From assembly GCA_902801795.1 (NCBI GenBank), contig CADCJQ010000002.1:1925-65924 (forward strand): a DNA stretch of 64,000 nucleotides, given 5' to 3'. Both the position numbers and the translations under genes were made by a program. Each line of letters begins with the position of its first letter. Position 1 is the stretch's first letter. Source of the stretch: an uncultured Erysipelotrichaceae bacterium (GTDB lineage: Bacteria; Bacillota_I; Bacilli_A; RF39; UBA660). The notes under the pieces are model-generated. The model was not told the origin of the DNA, ran no database searches, and worked only from the letters and a program-made list of their open reading frames with translations. Shown piece by piece: positions 1-9,952 of the stretch.

Positions 1-111
1 ACACATGATAAAGATATCGTTAATAAAATGCAAAAGCATGTTATTGCATTAAGAGAAGGACACTTGTTTAAGGATTATAAGAAGGGAGATTATGTAGATG
101 AAGTTCTTTAG
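1..111 (+). CDS. ftsE: Cell-division ABC ATPase FtsE, C-terminal end (partial; enters from the window edge)
   Basis: Frame open from base 1 to TAG at 109-111. Peptide THDKDIVNKMQKHVIALREGHL matches the H-loop and C-terminus of an ABC ATPase. It overlaps the start of the following ftsX-like gene, which is the usual ftsEX arrangement. Confidence 0.6.
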   Translation, partial: THDKDIVNKMQKHVIALREGHLFKDYKKGDYVDEVL

Positions 112-1003
112 AGTTATTGGAAGAAGTCTTCGAGATTCTTTAAAAAGTGTTGGAAGAAACTTCTCGCTATCTCTTGCATCAATTACTTGTGTTATGATTA
201 CTTTGATAATTGTAGGAGTGGCATTAATAATTACATATAATGTTGAAGATTCAACAAAAAAATTAAAAAAAGATTTGTCAATATTTGTTTTTGTAAGTAA
301 TGATGCTGATAATTTTGATATTACTTCTTTAGAAACGCAAATAAAGGGTATTGATAATGTTGATAAAGATTATGTTAAATACAAAAGTAAGGCTGAAATA
401 AAAAAAGAAATGATGGAAAGTAATGATACTTTTGAAAATATCATGGAAAACTGGGATGATGAAGAAAATCCTTTACAAAACATTTATATTGTTAAAGTAA
501 TTGATTCAAATAGAATAGGAGAAACAGCGACCGCTATTAAGAATTTATCAAAGGTTTCTTCCGCTAAATATGGTGAAGGAATGGTTGAACAATTATTACT
601 TGCCTTTAATGGTATTGAAAAATTTTCTTTTGTAGCGGTTATTGCCTTGGTACTTGTAACAATCTTTTTGATAATTAATACTATTAAATTAACGATTTTC
701 TCAAGAAAAAGAGAAATTTCAATTATGCGACTTGTTGGCGCTTCTAATGTTTCTATTAAACTTCCGTTTGTTTTTGAAGGAATGTTTATTGGAATCATTG
801 GAGCGATTATTCCTGTAATATGTGTTGTGTATGGATATTATTGGGTATATGATATTTTAGGTGGTAAATTAATAAGTGATGTTATAACATTACTTAAACC
901 ATCAGAAATTGTATTTAAAATTTCTATATTTATTGTTTTAATTGGTGGAATTGTTGGTATGTTAGGATCCGCTTCTGCTGTTAGAAAATATTTAAAAGTA
1001 TAG
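98..1003 (+). CDS. ftsX: Cell-division permease-like protein FtsX
   Basis: 301 aa. One N-terminal TM, a large extracytoplasmic loop, then three C-terminal TMs containing RKREISIMRLVGAS (FtsX signature region). Start overlaps ftsE. Confidence 0.8.
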   Translation: MKFFRVIGRSLRDSLKSVGRNFSLSLASITCVMITLIIVGVALIITYNVEDSTKKLKKDLSIFVFVSNDADNFDITSLETQIKGIDNVDKDYVKYKSKAEIKKEMMESNDTFENIMENWDDEENPLQNIYIVKVIDSNRIGETATAIKNLSKVSSAKYGEGMVEQLLLAFNGIEKFSFVAVIALVLVTIFLIINTIKLTIFSRKREISIMRLVGASNVSIKLPFVFEGMFIGIIGAIIPVICVVYGYYWVYDILGGKLISDVITLLKPSEIVFKISIFIVLIGGIVGMLGSASAVRKYLKV

Positions 1004-1009
1004 GATATT

Positions 1010-1040
1010 AAACTTACTATTTTGTTAGTAAGTTTTTTTG
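1010..1040 (+). terminator. Rho-independent terminator after ftsX
   Basis: Arms aaacttacta / ttagtaagttt with a 5-nt loop, followed by a T-run. Confidence 0.6.
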
Positions 1041-1171
1041 TCAAGCAAATGTCTTTTATGAAAAAAAATATTGCATTTCATATTAAATTTTGATAACATT
1101 ATATAGTGCGTGTGCACAATAAATAGGTAGCTCTAAGAAATAAAAAAGAAAGAAAAGGAGAAAATAGTTTT

Positions 1172-1390
1172 ATGATTAGAGGTAAAGTTAAGTGGTTTAA
1201 TAATGAAAAAGGATATGGATTCATTGAATATCCCGAAAAGGAAGATATCTTTGTTCATTATTCTGCAATAAACCAAGATGGGTATAAGAGTTTGTCTGAA
1301 GGACAATGTGTAGAGTTTACTCTTTTAGATACATCTAAAGGATATCAAGCCACTAACGTTTCTGTTGTAAACGATGAAATTATTGTGTAG
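1172..1390 (+). CDS. Cold-shock protein (CspA family)
   Basis: 72 aa. [15 protein letters not shown] and DIFVHYS match the RNP1/RNP2 motifs. AGGAG ribosome-binding site upstream. Confidence 0.9.
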   Translation: MIRGKVKWFNNEKGYGFIEYPEKEDIFVHYSAINQDGYKSLSEGQCVEFTLLDTSKGYQATNVSVVNDEIIV

Positions 1391-1467
1391 TAGTATGAGA
1401 AGTAATAGAAGTAAATATAAAAAAACACTAACTTGTAGGTAATGAGTTGGTGTTTTATAATACAAAA

Positions 1468-1497
1468 AAACCATTTAGATTTTACTCTAAATGGTTA
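1468..1497 (-). terminator. Terminator downstream of rpsD
   Basis: aaccatttag / ctaaatggtt 10-bp hairpin. On the minus strand it is followed by a U-run (complement of the A-run at about 1464-1470). Confidence 0.5.
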
Positions 1498-1502
1498 ATA
1501 AA

Positions 1503-2105
1503 CTATCTATTATAGAATTCAACGATTAATGCTTCGTTAATATCAGCATTTAATTCATTTCTTTCAGGTAGTCTTACATATTTAGCACAATTTTTTGCAC
1601 TATCAAAATCTAGATATTCAACTCTTTTTGTAACATTTTCAAGAGCTTCTTTTACTGATTTTAATTCTTTAGTATTATCTTTTAGAGAAATTGTTGAACC
1701 AACTTTAACTCTAAATGATGGAATATCAACTTTTTTACCATCAACAGCAATATGTCCATGATTAACAAGTTGTCTTGCTCCACGTCTTGTGTTTGCAAAT
1801 CCCATACGATATACTAAGTTATCAAGACGACTTTCAAGTAATTTTAAGAAATTTTCACCATGAATACCAGACATTTTACCAGCTTCAACAAATGTTTTCT
1901 TAAATTGTCTTTCATTTAGACCATACATGAATTTAACTTTTTGTTTTTCTGTTAACTGTGTTCCATAATCAGAAGATTTACTTCTTCTATCTTTTCCATG
2001 TTGTCCAGGTCTATAAGGACGTCTTGCTAAGTCTTTACCATTTTCTAATGTTGAGAATCCAACAGTACGACTTTTTTTATGACTAGGTCCTGTATATCTT
2101 GCCAT
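1503..2105 (-). CDS. rpsD: 30S ribosomal protein S4
   Basis: 200 aa. [14 protein letters not shown]-terminus, an S4 RNA-binding domain, and the typical C-terminal EALIVEFY. Confidence 0.95.
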   Translation of the reverse strand: MARYTGPSHKKSRTVGFSTLENGKDLARRPYRPGQHGKDRRSKSSDYGTQLTEKQKVKFMYGLNERQFKKTFVEAGKMSGIHGENFLKLLESRLDNLVYRMGFANTRRGARQLVNHGHIAVDGKKVDIPSFRVKVGSTISLKDNTKELKSVKEALENVTKRVEYLDFDSAKNCAKYVRLPERNELNADINEALIVEFYNR

Positions 2106-2418
2106 ATTTATCCTCCTTCTTCAATTATTACATATAATTGACACTTATACATATCTTAGGGAGTTCTTTTTAATAGGTTCACTTGATAGCCAAAGTTACT
2201 TCTAAACTTAAAAAACACATTAAAATACATATAAATTGGGCTGTCAATAAAAATATGCAAGATTATTATAGTAATAATTTATTATTAAGTCAACTATTTT
2301 TAATAACTTTTTATTGTAATTTTATAATGTCTTTATTATATAAATAATTTAAATGTTTATTTATGACTTTCTATTTAGTAAAAAATCATTTATAATAATA
2401 TATGAAATGAGGGAGATT

Positions 2419-3054
2419 ATGCCAAATTGGAAAATACATTTAGAAGTTGGGAAAAGACTAAATAAATATTTAAATTATAAGAATGATGAATATCAAGAAT
2501 TTTTATTAGGGAATCTCCTTCCAGATATAAATAATACATATATAGTAAAAGATATTAAAAAAAGAGTAGGGCATTCAATAACACATTTTGATAGTGGAGA
2601 AGATTTTCGTCATCATTTAGCCTTTTTTAATAAATATCAAGATAAAATATTAGAACCAATGTATTTAGGATATTATGTTCATTTATATACAGATTATTTA
2701 TTTAATAAAAACTTTTATGAAATGGTTGAGCAAAGAAAATTAAATTATATAGAAAAAGATACATTAAGAATTTTTAAACAACATGATTTTAAAGTATTAG
2801 ATAATAAGTTCATTAATAATACTTTAGATATTAATAATATTTCCTCAATAACTAAAAGAATTACCATTGAAGAAGTGGCTTTATGTGAAAATGATTTAGT
2901 AAATGTTATTAATTATTTAAATAATACTCCTTTTTATAAAGGTGATTATAAGATATATAATGAAAAAGAATTAGATGATTTATTAGATGAAACAATTGAT
3001 GTTATTTACAATAATATTAAAGTTTTATTTAATAATAGAGAAAAGAGTATTTAA
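2419..3054 (+). CDS. Hypothetical protein, weakly similar to the zinc-dependent phospholipase-C-like family (MPNxxxH N-terminus)
   Basis: The ORF track starts at 2353. I prefer ATG 2419, which is preceded by GAGGGAG. The MPNWKIHLEVG start and the HSITHF and LLPD motifs resemble the paralog at 12011-12916. Confidence 0.35.
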   Translation: MPNWKIHLEVGKRLNKYLNYKNDEYQEFLLGNLLPDINNTYIVKDIKKRVGHSITHFDSGEDFRHHLAFFNKYQDKILEPMYLGYYVHLYTDYLFNKNFYEMVEQRKLNYIEKDTLRIFKQHDFKVLDNKFINNTLDINNISSITKRITIEEVALCENDLVNVINYLNNTPFYKGDYKIYNEKELDDLLDETIDVIYNNIKVLFNNREKSI

Positions 3055-3059
3055 GTAAT

Positions 3060-3428
3060 ATGAGTGTTATTGATGATAAATTGTATTCTTTGTCATTATC
3101 CAAATTTCGTTCTAGTTTTCATTTAAGAAAGTATATGATAGATTATATAAAGAAAAAAGGTCTTGATAAAATAGAGGAAGATGCCTATTACTTTATTCAA
3201 AATAGATTAAGTGATGTTAGTAAAGTACGAGATGGAGCTCAAACACCAATGAAGGGACATCCTGTTTTTATTGCGCAGCATGCTACAGCAACATGTTGTC
3301 GTGGATGTCTTAATAAATGGTATAAAATAGAAAAAGATAGATTATTAACAAATCATGAAATAGATTTTTGTGTAACTTTGATAATGACTTGGATAAAAAA
3401 AGAATTAAAAGAGTTGGATTGTAATTAA
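3060..3428 (+). CDS. DUF4186-like protein
   Basis: 122 aa. HPVFIAQHATATCCRGCLNKWY is the motif I associate with DUF4186. Confidence 0.65.
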   Translation: MSVIDDKLYSLSLSKFRSSFHLRKYMIDYIKKKGLDKIEEDAYYFIQNRLSDVSKVRDGAQTPMKGHPVFIAQHATATCCRGCLNKWYKIEKDRLLTNHEIDFCVTLIMTWIKKELKELDCN

Positions 3429-3551
3429 TTGATTTTAAATTAATGATTTCACATAAAATACATAGTAATTATTAGAAAAATATTGTATAATATAGCATAC
3501 GAAATTTGATTTATTGGTCAAGTAATTGCATATGATGAAAAAGGTGATATT

Positions 3552-6500
3552 ATGTTAGAAATTAGAAAAATAACTAAAATATATGAAACGGATGGTTTTA
3601 AGCAAAAAGCCTTAGATGATGTTAGTGTAAACTTTCGTGAATGTGAGTTTGCATCTATTTTAGGGCCATCTGGTAGTGGAAAGACAACTTTTTTAAATAT
3701 TATTGGAGGATTAGATCATTATACATCAGGAGATTTAATAATAAATGAAATAAGTACTAAAAAATACAAAGATAGTGATTGGGATAGTTATCGTAATCAT
3801 CGTATTGGTTTTGTCTTTCAAAGTTATAATTTAATAAGTCATCAAAGTATTCTTTCGAATGTTATGTTAGCCTTAACATTATCCGGTATTAGTAAAAAAG
3901 AAAGTATAGCAAGAGCAAAAAAAGCCTTACGTGATGTTGGTCTTGAAAAACATATTAATAAAAGACCTAATCAGTTATCCGGAGGACAAATGCAAAGAGT
4001 GGCTATTGCAAGAGCCCTTGTAAATGATCCAGATATCTTATTAGCAGATGAACCAACGGGAGCTTTGGATTCTAATACTAGTGTACAAATAATGGATTTA
4101 TTAAAGGAAATTGCTAAAAAGAAATTAGTTATTATGGTAACTCATAATCCAGAACTTGCTAAAGAATATTCAACACGTATTATTACCCTTAAAGATGGTA
4201 AAATAACCAGTGATACTAATCCATATGATGGTAGAGTAGATACTAGTGATAATAATGAAGAAATAAAAGAAAAAACAAAGAAAACCAATATGTCTTTAAT
4301 AACAGCGTTATCATTATCATTTAACAATTTAATGACAAAAAAGGGAAGAACTGTTCTTGTTGCTTTTGCAGGAAGTATAGGAATTATTGGTATTGCTTTG
4401 ATATTAGCTTTATCGAATGGCTTTCAAAATTATGTTGATAAAATACAAGAAGATACATTAACTTCATATCCTCTTAACATTATGCAAGAATCAACGGATA
4501 TAACAGGAACTCTTCTTGCAATGACAACAAAAGAAAATGAAAAAACTAATGATGATAAAGTTTATGAACAACAATATATTACATCGATGTTAAAAAATAT
4601 TAGTACTAATGATTTGAAAAGTTTTAAAGGTTATTTGGAAAATAATTATAATGAAGTAGATAAAGATTTAGCGAATGTTAAAAATTCTTATAGTGTAGAA
4701 CCTCTTATTTATACAATTGATGGTACTAATAAAATTGCCAAAATTAATCCAAGTGATATGTATTCATCAATGTTTAGTGGTAATATGATGAGTAATTTAT
4801 CATCATTCTCTTCAGTATTTCGTGAAATGGTTGATAATCAAGATATGTTAAAAGAATCATACGAAGTATTAAAAGGACGTTTTCCGGAAAAATATAATGA
4901 ATTACTTATTGTTTTATCAGATGCTAATAGTATATCCGATTTACTTGTTTATTCATTAGGATTTCGTGATACAAAAGAATTATCAACGATGATTAATAAA
5001 ATAATGTCTGGTGAAAATGTAAATGTTAATAATGAACCATTAGTACTTACTTATGATGATTTATTAAATAAAGAATTAAAATTAATTATGCCAACAGATT
5101 TATATAAATATAATAGTAAATATGATATCTATGAGGATATGTCTGAAGATGAAAAATTTATGAAAAATATTTATGATAATGCCATTGATTTAAAAATTGT
5201 CGGTATTGTAACCGCTAAAGAAGGTACAACATCAATGGCTTTATCTCCTGGAGTAAGTTATCGTAGTGATTTAACTAAATATATTATTAATTATGCTAAA
5301 GATAAAGATATTGTTAAAAAACAACTTCGTGATACTAAAGTTGATGTTATTTCGGGAAAGAAATTTGAGGATGAAGGTAAAGGTTTAAATTTAGATTTTA
5401 AAGATTTAGTAACAGTTGATAACAAAAAAATAGAAAGTGCTTTTAATGTTAAAATAAATCAAAAAGATTTAGAAAACCAAACAATGAATTATATGAAAGA
5501 TATTACTAATTCTATTACCGCTAATATTGATCCGGCTTATGATGCTATAAAAAATGGTTTTAGTACACTTTTATTAGATTTAATAAATAATCTTGCTGAT
5601 AAGATATCTTCTAATGAAGTTAGTGATATAGTAACTAGTATTATTAATAATGAAAATGGTGAAAAAGTAGTTAGTGAATTAGAAAAAGAGTTTGTTATTC
5701 CTAAAGATATTTTTAAACAAACATATAGTGGTTTATTAAGTGGTTTTCTAAATATGTATGTTGAAAACTACAATAAAATGGTTCCTCAGGAAACAGAAGA
5801 TAATAGCGTATTAGTTAATAAAGATATGATGAAAATGATGGTCGATAGTTATAGTAATAATGTAATTATTGATGAGACATTTAAACAAATGGCAAGAAGA
5901 ATGACCGAAGCAAAAATGAATAAAGAAATACTTAGTAAAGTAGGGGATTTAACTGGTAATATTACCAAATCTTTTGCTAATGCTTTCTCCGTTGATGCAA
6001 GTAAAATAAGTGATGCTTTTCAGTTGAAATATTCTGAAGAAGAAATAACAAGAGTTGTTACATCAATGTTAAGTAATAAAGAATCTAGTGCAAAGACTAA
6101 TTTAATTAATTTTGGATATCAAGATTTTGATGAACCAACATATATGTCATTTTATTTTAATAGTTTTGATGGTAAAGAACATTTTCTTGATTTTCTTGAT
6201 AAATATAATGAAAAAGTAGAAGAAGATAAGAAACTTAATTTCTCGGATACAACAGGAATTCTTATGGATTCTGTTAAAACGATTGTTAATGCCGTTAGTT
6301 ATGTATTAATTGGTTTTGTATCAATATCTTTAGTTGTTTCTAGTATTATGATTGGAATTATTACTTATATTTCTGTATTTGAGAGAACAAAAGAAATTGG
6401 TATACTAAGAAGCATTGGAGCTTCTAAAAAGAATATATCATCTATTTTTAATGCTGAAACATTTATTATAGGATTATTATCAGGATTATTTGGTATTGGT

Positions 6501-6698
6501 ATATCATATAGTTTTATACCAATTATCAATGCCGTTATACATCACTTTACCGGTAATATTCCTTTAAGTGCGATGTTAAAATGGAATAATGCTCTTGTTT
6601 TAGTAATATTAAGTGTCTTTTTAACTTTAATTGGTGGATTAATTCCAGCAAGAAGTGCTAGTAAAAAAGATCCGGTTGAGGCTTTACGTAGTGAATAG
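3552..6698 (+). CDS. Fused ABC transporter ATPase/permease (MacB/FtsX type)
   Basis: 1048 aa. N-terminal Walker A GPSGSGKTT, signature LSGGQMQR, Walker B LLADEPTGALD. A long extracytoplasmic region follows, then a C-terminal FtsX-type 3-TM domain with RTKEIGILRSIGAS. Confidence 0.85.
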   Translation: MLEIRKITKIYETDGFKQKALDDVSVNFRECEFASILGPSGSGKTTFLNIIGGLDHYTSGDLIINEISTKKYKDSDWDSYRNHRIGFVFQSYNLISHQSILSNVMLALTLSGISKKESIARAKKALRDVGLEKHINKRPNQLSGGQMQRVAIARALVNDPDILLADEPTGALDSNTSVQIMDLLKEIAKKKLVIMVTHNPELAKEYSTRIITLKDGKITSDTNPYDGRVDTSDNNEEIKEKTKKTNMSLITALSLSFNNLMTKKGRTVLVAFAGSIGIIGIALILALSNGFQNYVDKIQEDTLTSYPLNIMQESTDITGTLLAMTTKENEKTNDDKVYEQQYITSMLKNISTNDLKSFKGYLENNYNEVDKDLANVKNSYSVEPLIYTIDGTNKIAKINPSDMYSSMFSGNMMSNLSSFSSVFREMVDNQDMLKESYEVLKGRFPEKYNELLIVLSDANSISDLLVYSLGFRDTKELSTMINKIMSGENVNVNNEPLVLTYDDLLNKELKLIMPTDLYKYNSKYDIYEDMSEDEKFMKNIYDNAIDLKIVGIVTAKEGTTSMALSPGVSYRSDLTKYIINYAKDKDIVKKQLRDTKVDVISGKKFEDEGKGLNLDFKDLVTVDNKKIESAFNVKINQKDLENQTMNYMKDITNSITANIDPAYDAIKNGFSTLLLDLINNLADKISSNEVSDIVTSIINNENGEKVVSELEKEFVIPKDIFKQTYSGLLSGFLNMYVENYNKMVPQETEDNSVLVNKDMMKMMVDSYSNNVIIDETFKQMARRMTEAKMNKEILSKVGDLTGNITKSFANAFSVDASKISDAFQLKYSEEEITRVVTSMLSNKESSAKTNLINFGYQDFDEPTYMSFYFNSFDGKEHFLDFLDKYNEKVEEDKKLNFSDTTGILMDSVKTIVNAVSYVLIGFVSISLVVSSIMIGIITYISVFERTKEIGILRSIGASKKNISSIFNAETFIIGLLSGLFGIGISYSFIPIINAVIHHFTGNIPLSAMLKWNNALVLVILSVFLTLIGGLIPARSASKKDPVEALRSE

Positions 6699-6732
6699 TA
6701 AGTTTATCTTACTATTTTTTTAATAGCAAATT

Positions 6733-6761
6733 TGCATTTTACTTTAAAATATAATATAATA
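6733..6761 (+). promoter_or_regulatory. Candidate sigma-A-type promoter for the sigma-gene cluster
   Basis: TTGCAT, 17 nt, TATAAT, downstream of the ABC-gene terminator hairpin at about 6695-6722. Confidence 0.4.
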
Positions 6762-6833
6762 TAAAACTTGAATTAATGGGTTATGGGGGATTATTGTGAG
6801 TAGTGATATTTATTTTTATGGAGATATGGAGAT

Positions 6834-7796
6834 TTGCCAGAAGTTTTAGATGATGATGAACAAAGAAGGTTATTAGAAGCAAGTATTAATGGTAGTGATG
6901 ATGCTAAAGGGAATTTACAAATACATAATTTACGTATAATAATTTATGTTATTAATAAATATTTTAATAATACTCAATATGAAAAAAGAGATTTATTTTC
7001 TATTGGATGTATGGGTTTAAGAAAAGCCATTAACACTTATGATTTAAATAAGAATATTAAATTTTTAACGTATGCATATAGATGTGTTTTTAATGAAATA
7101 GCTAATTTTTGTCGTGATAATAACAAGTATTATAAAGTTGATAGTTTGGATCGGGTTCTTTTTTCTAATAGAGATGGAAAGATAAAATTAAGTGATACTA
7201 TTTGTGATAAAAAAGATATTGCTAGTGAAATTGAAAGAAAAGAAATAAATAGAATTATTAGAGAAATAGTAAATAATCTTTCAGAAAGAGATAGAAAAAT
7301 TATTGAAATGTCTTTTGGCTTTAATGGAAAAATTTATAAACAAGAGGATATTTCTAAGATATTATTGGTGTCTCAATCATATGTTTCGAACATATTAATA
7401 GCAGCTTTATTTAGGATAAAAGAAAAACTAATTGAAGAAGAAATAATTGAAAGAGAAACTCAAAAGGAAGTAATAGTAAATGATATATCTGATAAAATAT
7501 TTGTAAGAAAAAGAAAAATACGAAGTGATGCGTATAAAAGTATTTATGAACATTTTAAAGAATATTCTAAAGAACAAATAGATGAAGTTATTAGTGAACT
7601 TTCTGAAAGAGAAAAAGAGATAATAAGTTATAAATATGGAAATGACTATGTAAGTCCAACATATATTATACTTAAAAAAAGTGTTAAAAATAGTTTTTTT
7701 CGTTTATTAAAAAAAATGAAATATATGCTATATAATAAAGAAAACAATATAATAAACAATGGAAATGGGGTGGACAATGAAATTATCGTTAAATGA
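6834..7796 (+). CDS. Sigma-70 family sigma factor (region 2 plus region 4) with an extra C-terminal module of about 100 aa
   Basis: TTG is the first available start after an in-frame stop at 6804, with GGAGA about 9 nt upstream. Region-2-like FSIGCMGLRKAINTYD...FLTYAYRCVFNEI. Region-4-like LSERDRKIIEMSFGF...ISKILLVSQSYVSNI. C-terminal SIYEHFKEYSKEQIDEVISELSEREKEIISYKYGND. Confidence 0.7.
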   Translation: MPEVLDDDEQRRLLEASINGSDDAKGNLQIHNLRIIIYVINKYFNNTQYEKRDLFSIGCMGLRKAINTYDLNKNIKFLTYAYRCVFNEIANFCRDNNKYYKVDSLDRVLFSNRDGKIKLSDTICDKKDIASEIERKEINRIIREIVNNLSERDRKIIEMSFGFNGKIYKQEDISKILLVSQSYVSNILIAALFRIKEKLIEEEIIERETQKEVIVNDISDKIFVRKRKIRSDAYKSIYEHFKEYSKEQIDEVISELSEREKEIISYKYGNDYVSPTYIILKKSVKNSFFRLLKKMKYMLYNKENNIINNGNGVDNEIIVK

Positions 7797-9918
7797 TATT
7801 AAAAAAATGGATAATGAATCTATTTATAAAATAATATTACCAGAAGTTAATAGTATTTTTGAAAAATATCGATATCTTTCATTGACAAGAAAAGAATATG
7901 ATGCTTTAGTTAATCAAGAAATAAGCAAGTCTAAAATAGAATATGATGGTAAGGTAAACTATTTAGTTTATATCAAGAAAAAAATTTCTTTGGCATTATT
8001 AATTAAATTGAGGGAAATGATTAATGATAATACATTTGAAATATTAAATAATTATATTAATGCTAATTTAAATAATGTAAAGAGTTCTTATGATGCAATA
8101 AAAAATATTAAGAAATTAGATACTTTATTAGAAAAAATAGATTTTATACCTAATTCTGATGTAATGGAAAAATTGTTAAAAAATAATAATTATCTTTCAA
8201 AAATGATTAGTTTATTATTTGAAGATTATAAAGAAAGTATTATTACTGGAAAAATAGATGAGATATTTGATAGTAATTGTTTATTAACTTTTCTTGAAAT
8301 ATATTGTTCAATAAATAATATAGAGATTAGAAATAATTTTGATACTATTGATTTTGAAGATAATGACGAAATTAATTATTCTAAAGGCATTAAAACATAT
8401 TTTAAAGATATGGGACAAATCGTGCTTTTATCAAGAGAAGAAGAAGTGATACTTGCCAAAAAAATTGCTAGTGGCGATGAAGAAGCAAGAGAAAAATTAG
8501 TTAAGAGCAATTTAAGATTAGTTATGAGTATAGTTAAAAAGTATTTAGATAGAGGATTGTCATATGAGGATTTAATACAAGAAGGTAATATGGGGCTTAT
8601 GAAGGCAACTTATTATTTTGATGCGGATAAGGGGTATCATTTTTCTACCTATGCTACATGGTGGATAAGACAAGCGATTACTCGTGCGATTGCCTATCAA
8701 ACAAAGTCAATAAGGATACCTGTACATATGATTAAAAAAATTAAATTTTATAAAAAAGTTGCGCTTGATTTGTCAAAAAAACTCAATCGTGAACCCAAAC
8801 TTGAAGAAATTGCTGAGGAAATGAATTTATCTTTAGAAAAAGTGCAACAATTATATGAATTACAGCTTGGTACTGTAAGTATAAATATGTTAGTAGGAGA
8901 AGATGAAGAAAGCGAACTGGAGGATTTTATACCAGTTTCTGATAAAACACCTGATGATAAAGTAATGAATAATATTTTAAATGAAGAAATAAAAAAATTG
9001 TTTGATGAAGCGAACTTAACAAATAATGAAAAAACAGTATTATTATTACGATTTGGATTTGATGGTAGAAGACCATTGATATTGAATGAGATAGGTCAAA
9101 TAATTGGGTTATCTCGTGAAAGAGTAAGACAAATTGAAGCACAAGGATTACTAAAATTAAGAAAAACAAAAAATATTGAAAATTTTGCTGTATATTTAGA
9201 TTATCCAGCGAAGGCTATTGAAAAAATAGAAGGTCTTATTGGAAAACCACATGATTCTTCAAAATTACCAGAACAAATTAAGAGCGAAAAGGAGAAAGAA
9301 AATATGAGAAAAATGCAATCTATTTATGAATTATTAAAAGGTTATACTAAGCAACAAATTGATGAAATGATTGAAAACTTAACTGATGATGATAAAAAAT
9401 TATTAAAAAAGAGATATGGTGATGATTTAAATAATCCTACATCTAATTTAATTCCATATTATGAAAAAAATAGATTTTACAGTTATTTAGTACCTAAAAT
9501 GAAATTAATGTTAGCTTCAAAGAATAATATTGATTTTATTGATAAAAAACAAGAAACAAAAGAAGTAATTCCTAATACTGCTTATGAAAAAAAGAGTATA
9601 GTTGTTAATAAAAAAGAAGAAGATAGTAGTAAAATAACTAAAGAGGCATATATGGAGTTATTAGAGGTACTTAGAACACCGACTTTTGAACAAATGACAA
9701 AAGCATTATCTGTAAAAGATGCGGTAATTATCTCTTTAAGATTAGGTTATATAGATGGAAAATATTATAGTATTGAAGCTATAGCCAATTTTTTAGGTAT
9801 TTCTTGTGAAGAAGTATCAGAAATAACTAAGAAAGTCTTGTATTTATATAGAGATACCTTTAATGATTATTTAGATAAAATAATTAATATTTCAGGTAAT
9901 GTAAAAGAATTAAAATAA
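7777..9918 (+). CDS. sigA: RpoD-like primary-type sigma factor with long N- and C-terminal extensions
   Basis: Textbook RpoD region 2: NLRLVMSIVKKYLDRGLSYEDLIQEGNMGLMKA...FSTYATWWIRQAITRAIA...IRIPVHM. Region 4: IGLSRERVRQIEAQGLLKLR. I prefer ATG 7777 (GGGGTGG upstream) to the track start 7759. About 200 aa follow region 4. The symbol is tentative. Confidence 0.75.
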   Translation: MKLSLNDIKKMDNESIYKIILPEVNSIFEKYRYLSLTRKEYDALVNQEISKSKIEYDGKVNYLVYIKKKISLALLIKLREMINDNTFEILNNYINANLNNVKSSYDAIKNIKKLDTLLEKIDFIPNSDVMEKLLKNNNYLSKMISLLFEDYKESIITGKIDEIFDSNCLLTFLEIYCSINNIEIRNNFDTIDFEDNDEINYSKGIKTYFKDMGQIVLLSREEEVILAKKIASGDEEAREKLVKSNLRLVMSIVKKYLDRGLSYEDLIQEGNMGLMKATYYFDADKGYHFSTYATWWIRQAITRAIAYQTKSIRIPVHMIKKIKFYKKVALDLSKKLNREPKLEEIAEEMNLSLEKVQQLYELQLGTVSINMLVGEDEESELEDFIPVSDKTPDDKVMNNILNEEIKKLFDEANLTNNEKTVLLLRFGFDGRRPLILNEIGQIIGLSRERVRQIEAQGLLKLRKTKNIENFAVYLDYPAKAIEKIEGLIGKPHDSSKLPEQIKSEKEKENMRKMQSIYELLKGYTKQQIDEMIENLTDDDKKLLKKRYGDDLNNPTSNLIPYYEKNRFYSYLVPKMKLMLASKNNIDFIDKKQETKEVIPNTAYEKKSIVVNKKEEDSSKITKEAYMELLEVLRTPTFEQMTKALSVKDAVIISLRLGYIDGKYYSIEAIANFLGISCEEVSEITKKVLYLYRDTFNDYLDKIINISGNVKELK

Positions 9919-9952
9919 GATATTGAAGACAGTAACAAAAGGGGGAAATAAA

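Noticed and set aside
484-1044. Antisense ORFs within annotated genes across the window. Examples: 484-798, 838-1044, 4142-4327, 8927-9169, 11491-11871 (plus strand, inside the ZIP gene), 13577-13765, 14560-15147, 23521-23709, 29161-29358, 36718-37114, 39796-40062, 41449-41721, 41821-42015, 42568-42816, 43616-43813, 46081-46314, 47068-47406, 51717-51956, 55249-55464, 56452-56643, 61395-61592 and 61758-61943.
   Set aside because: Each lies opposite a longer ORF with strong homology-type motifs or clear structure. None has a convincing RBS, and their compositions are typical of reverse-frame translation of AT-rich coding DNA.
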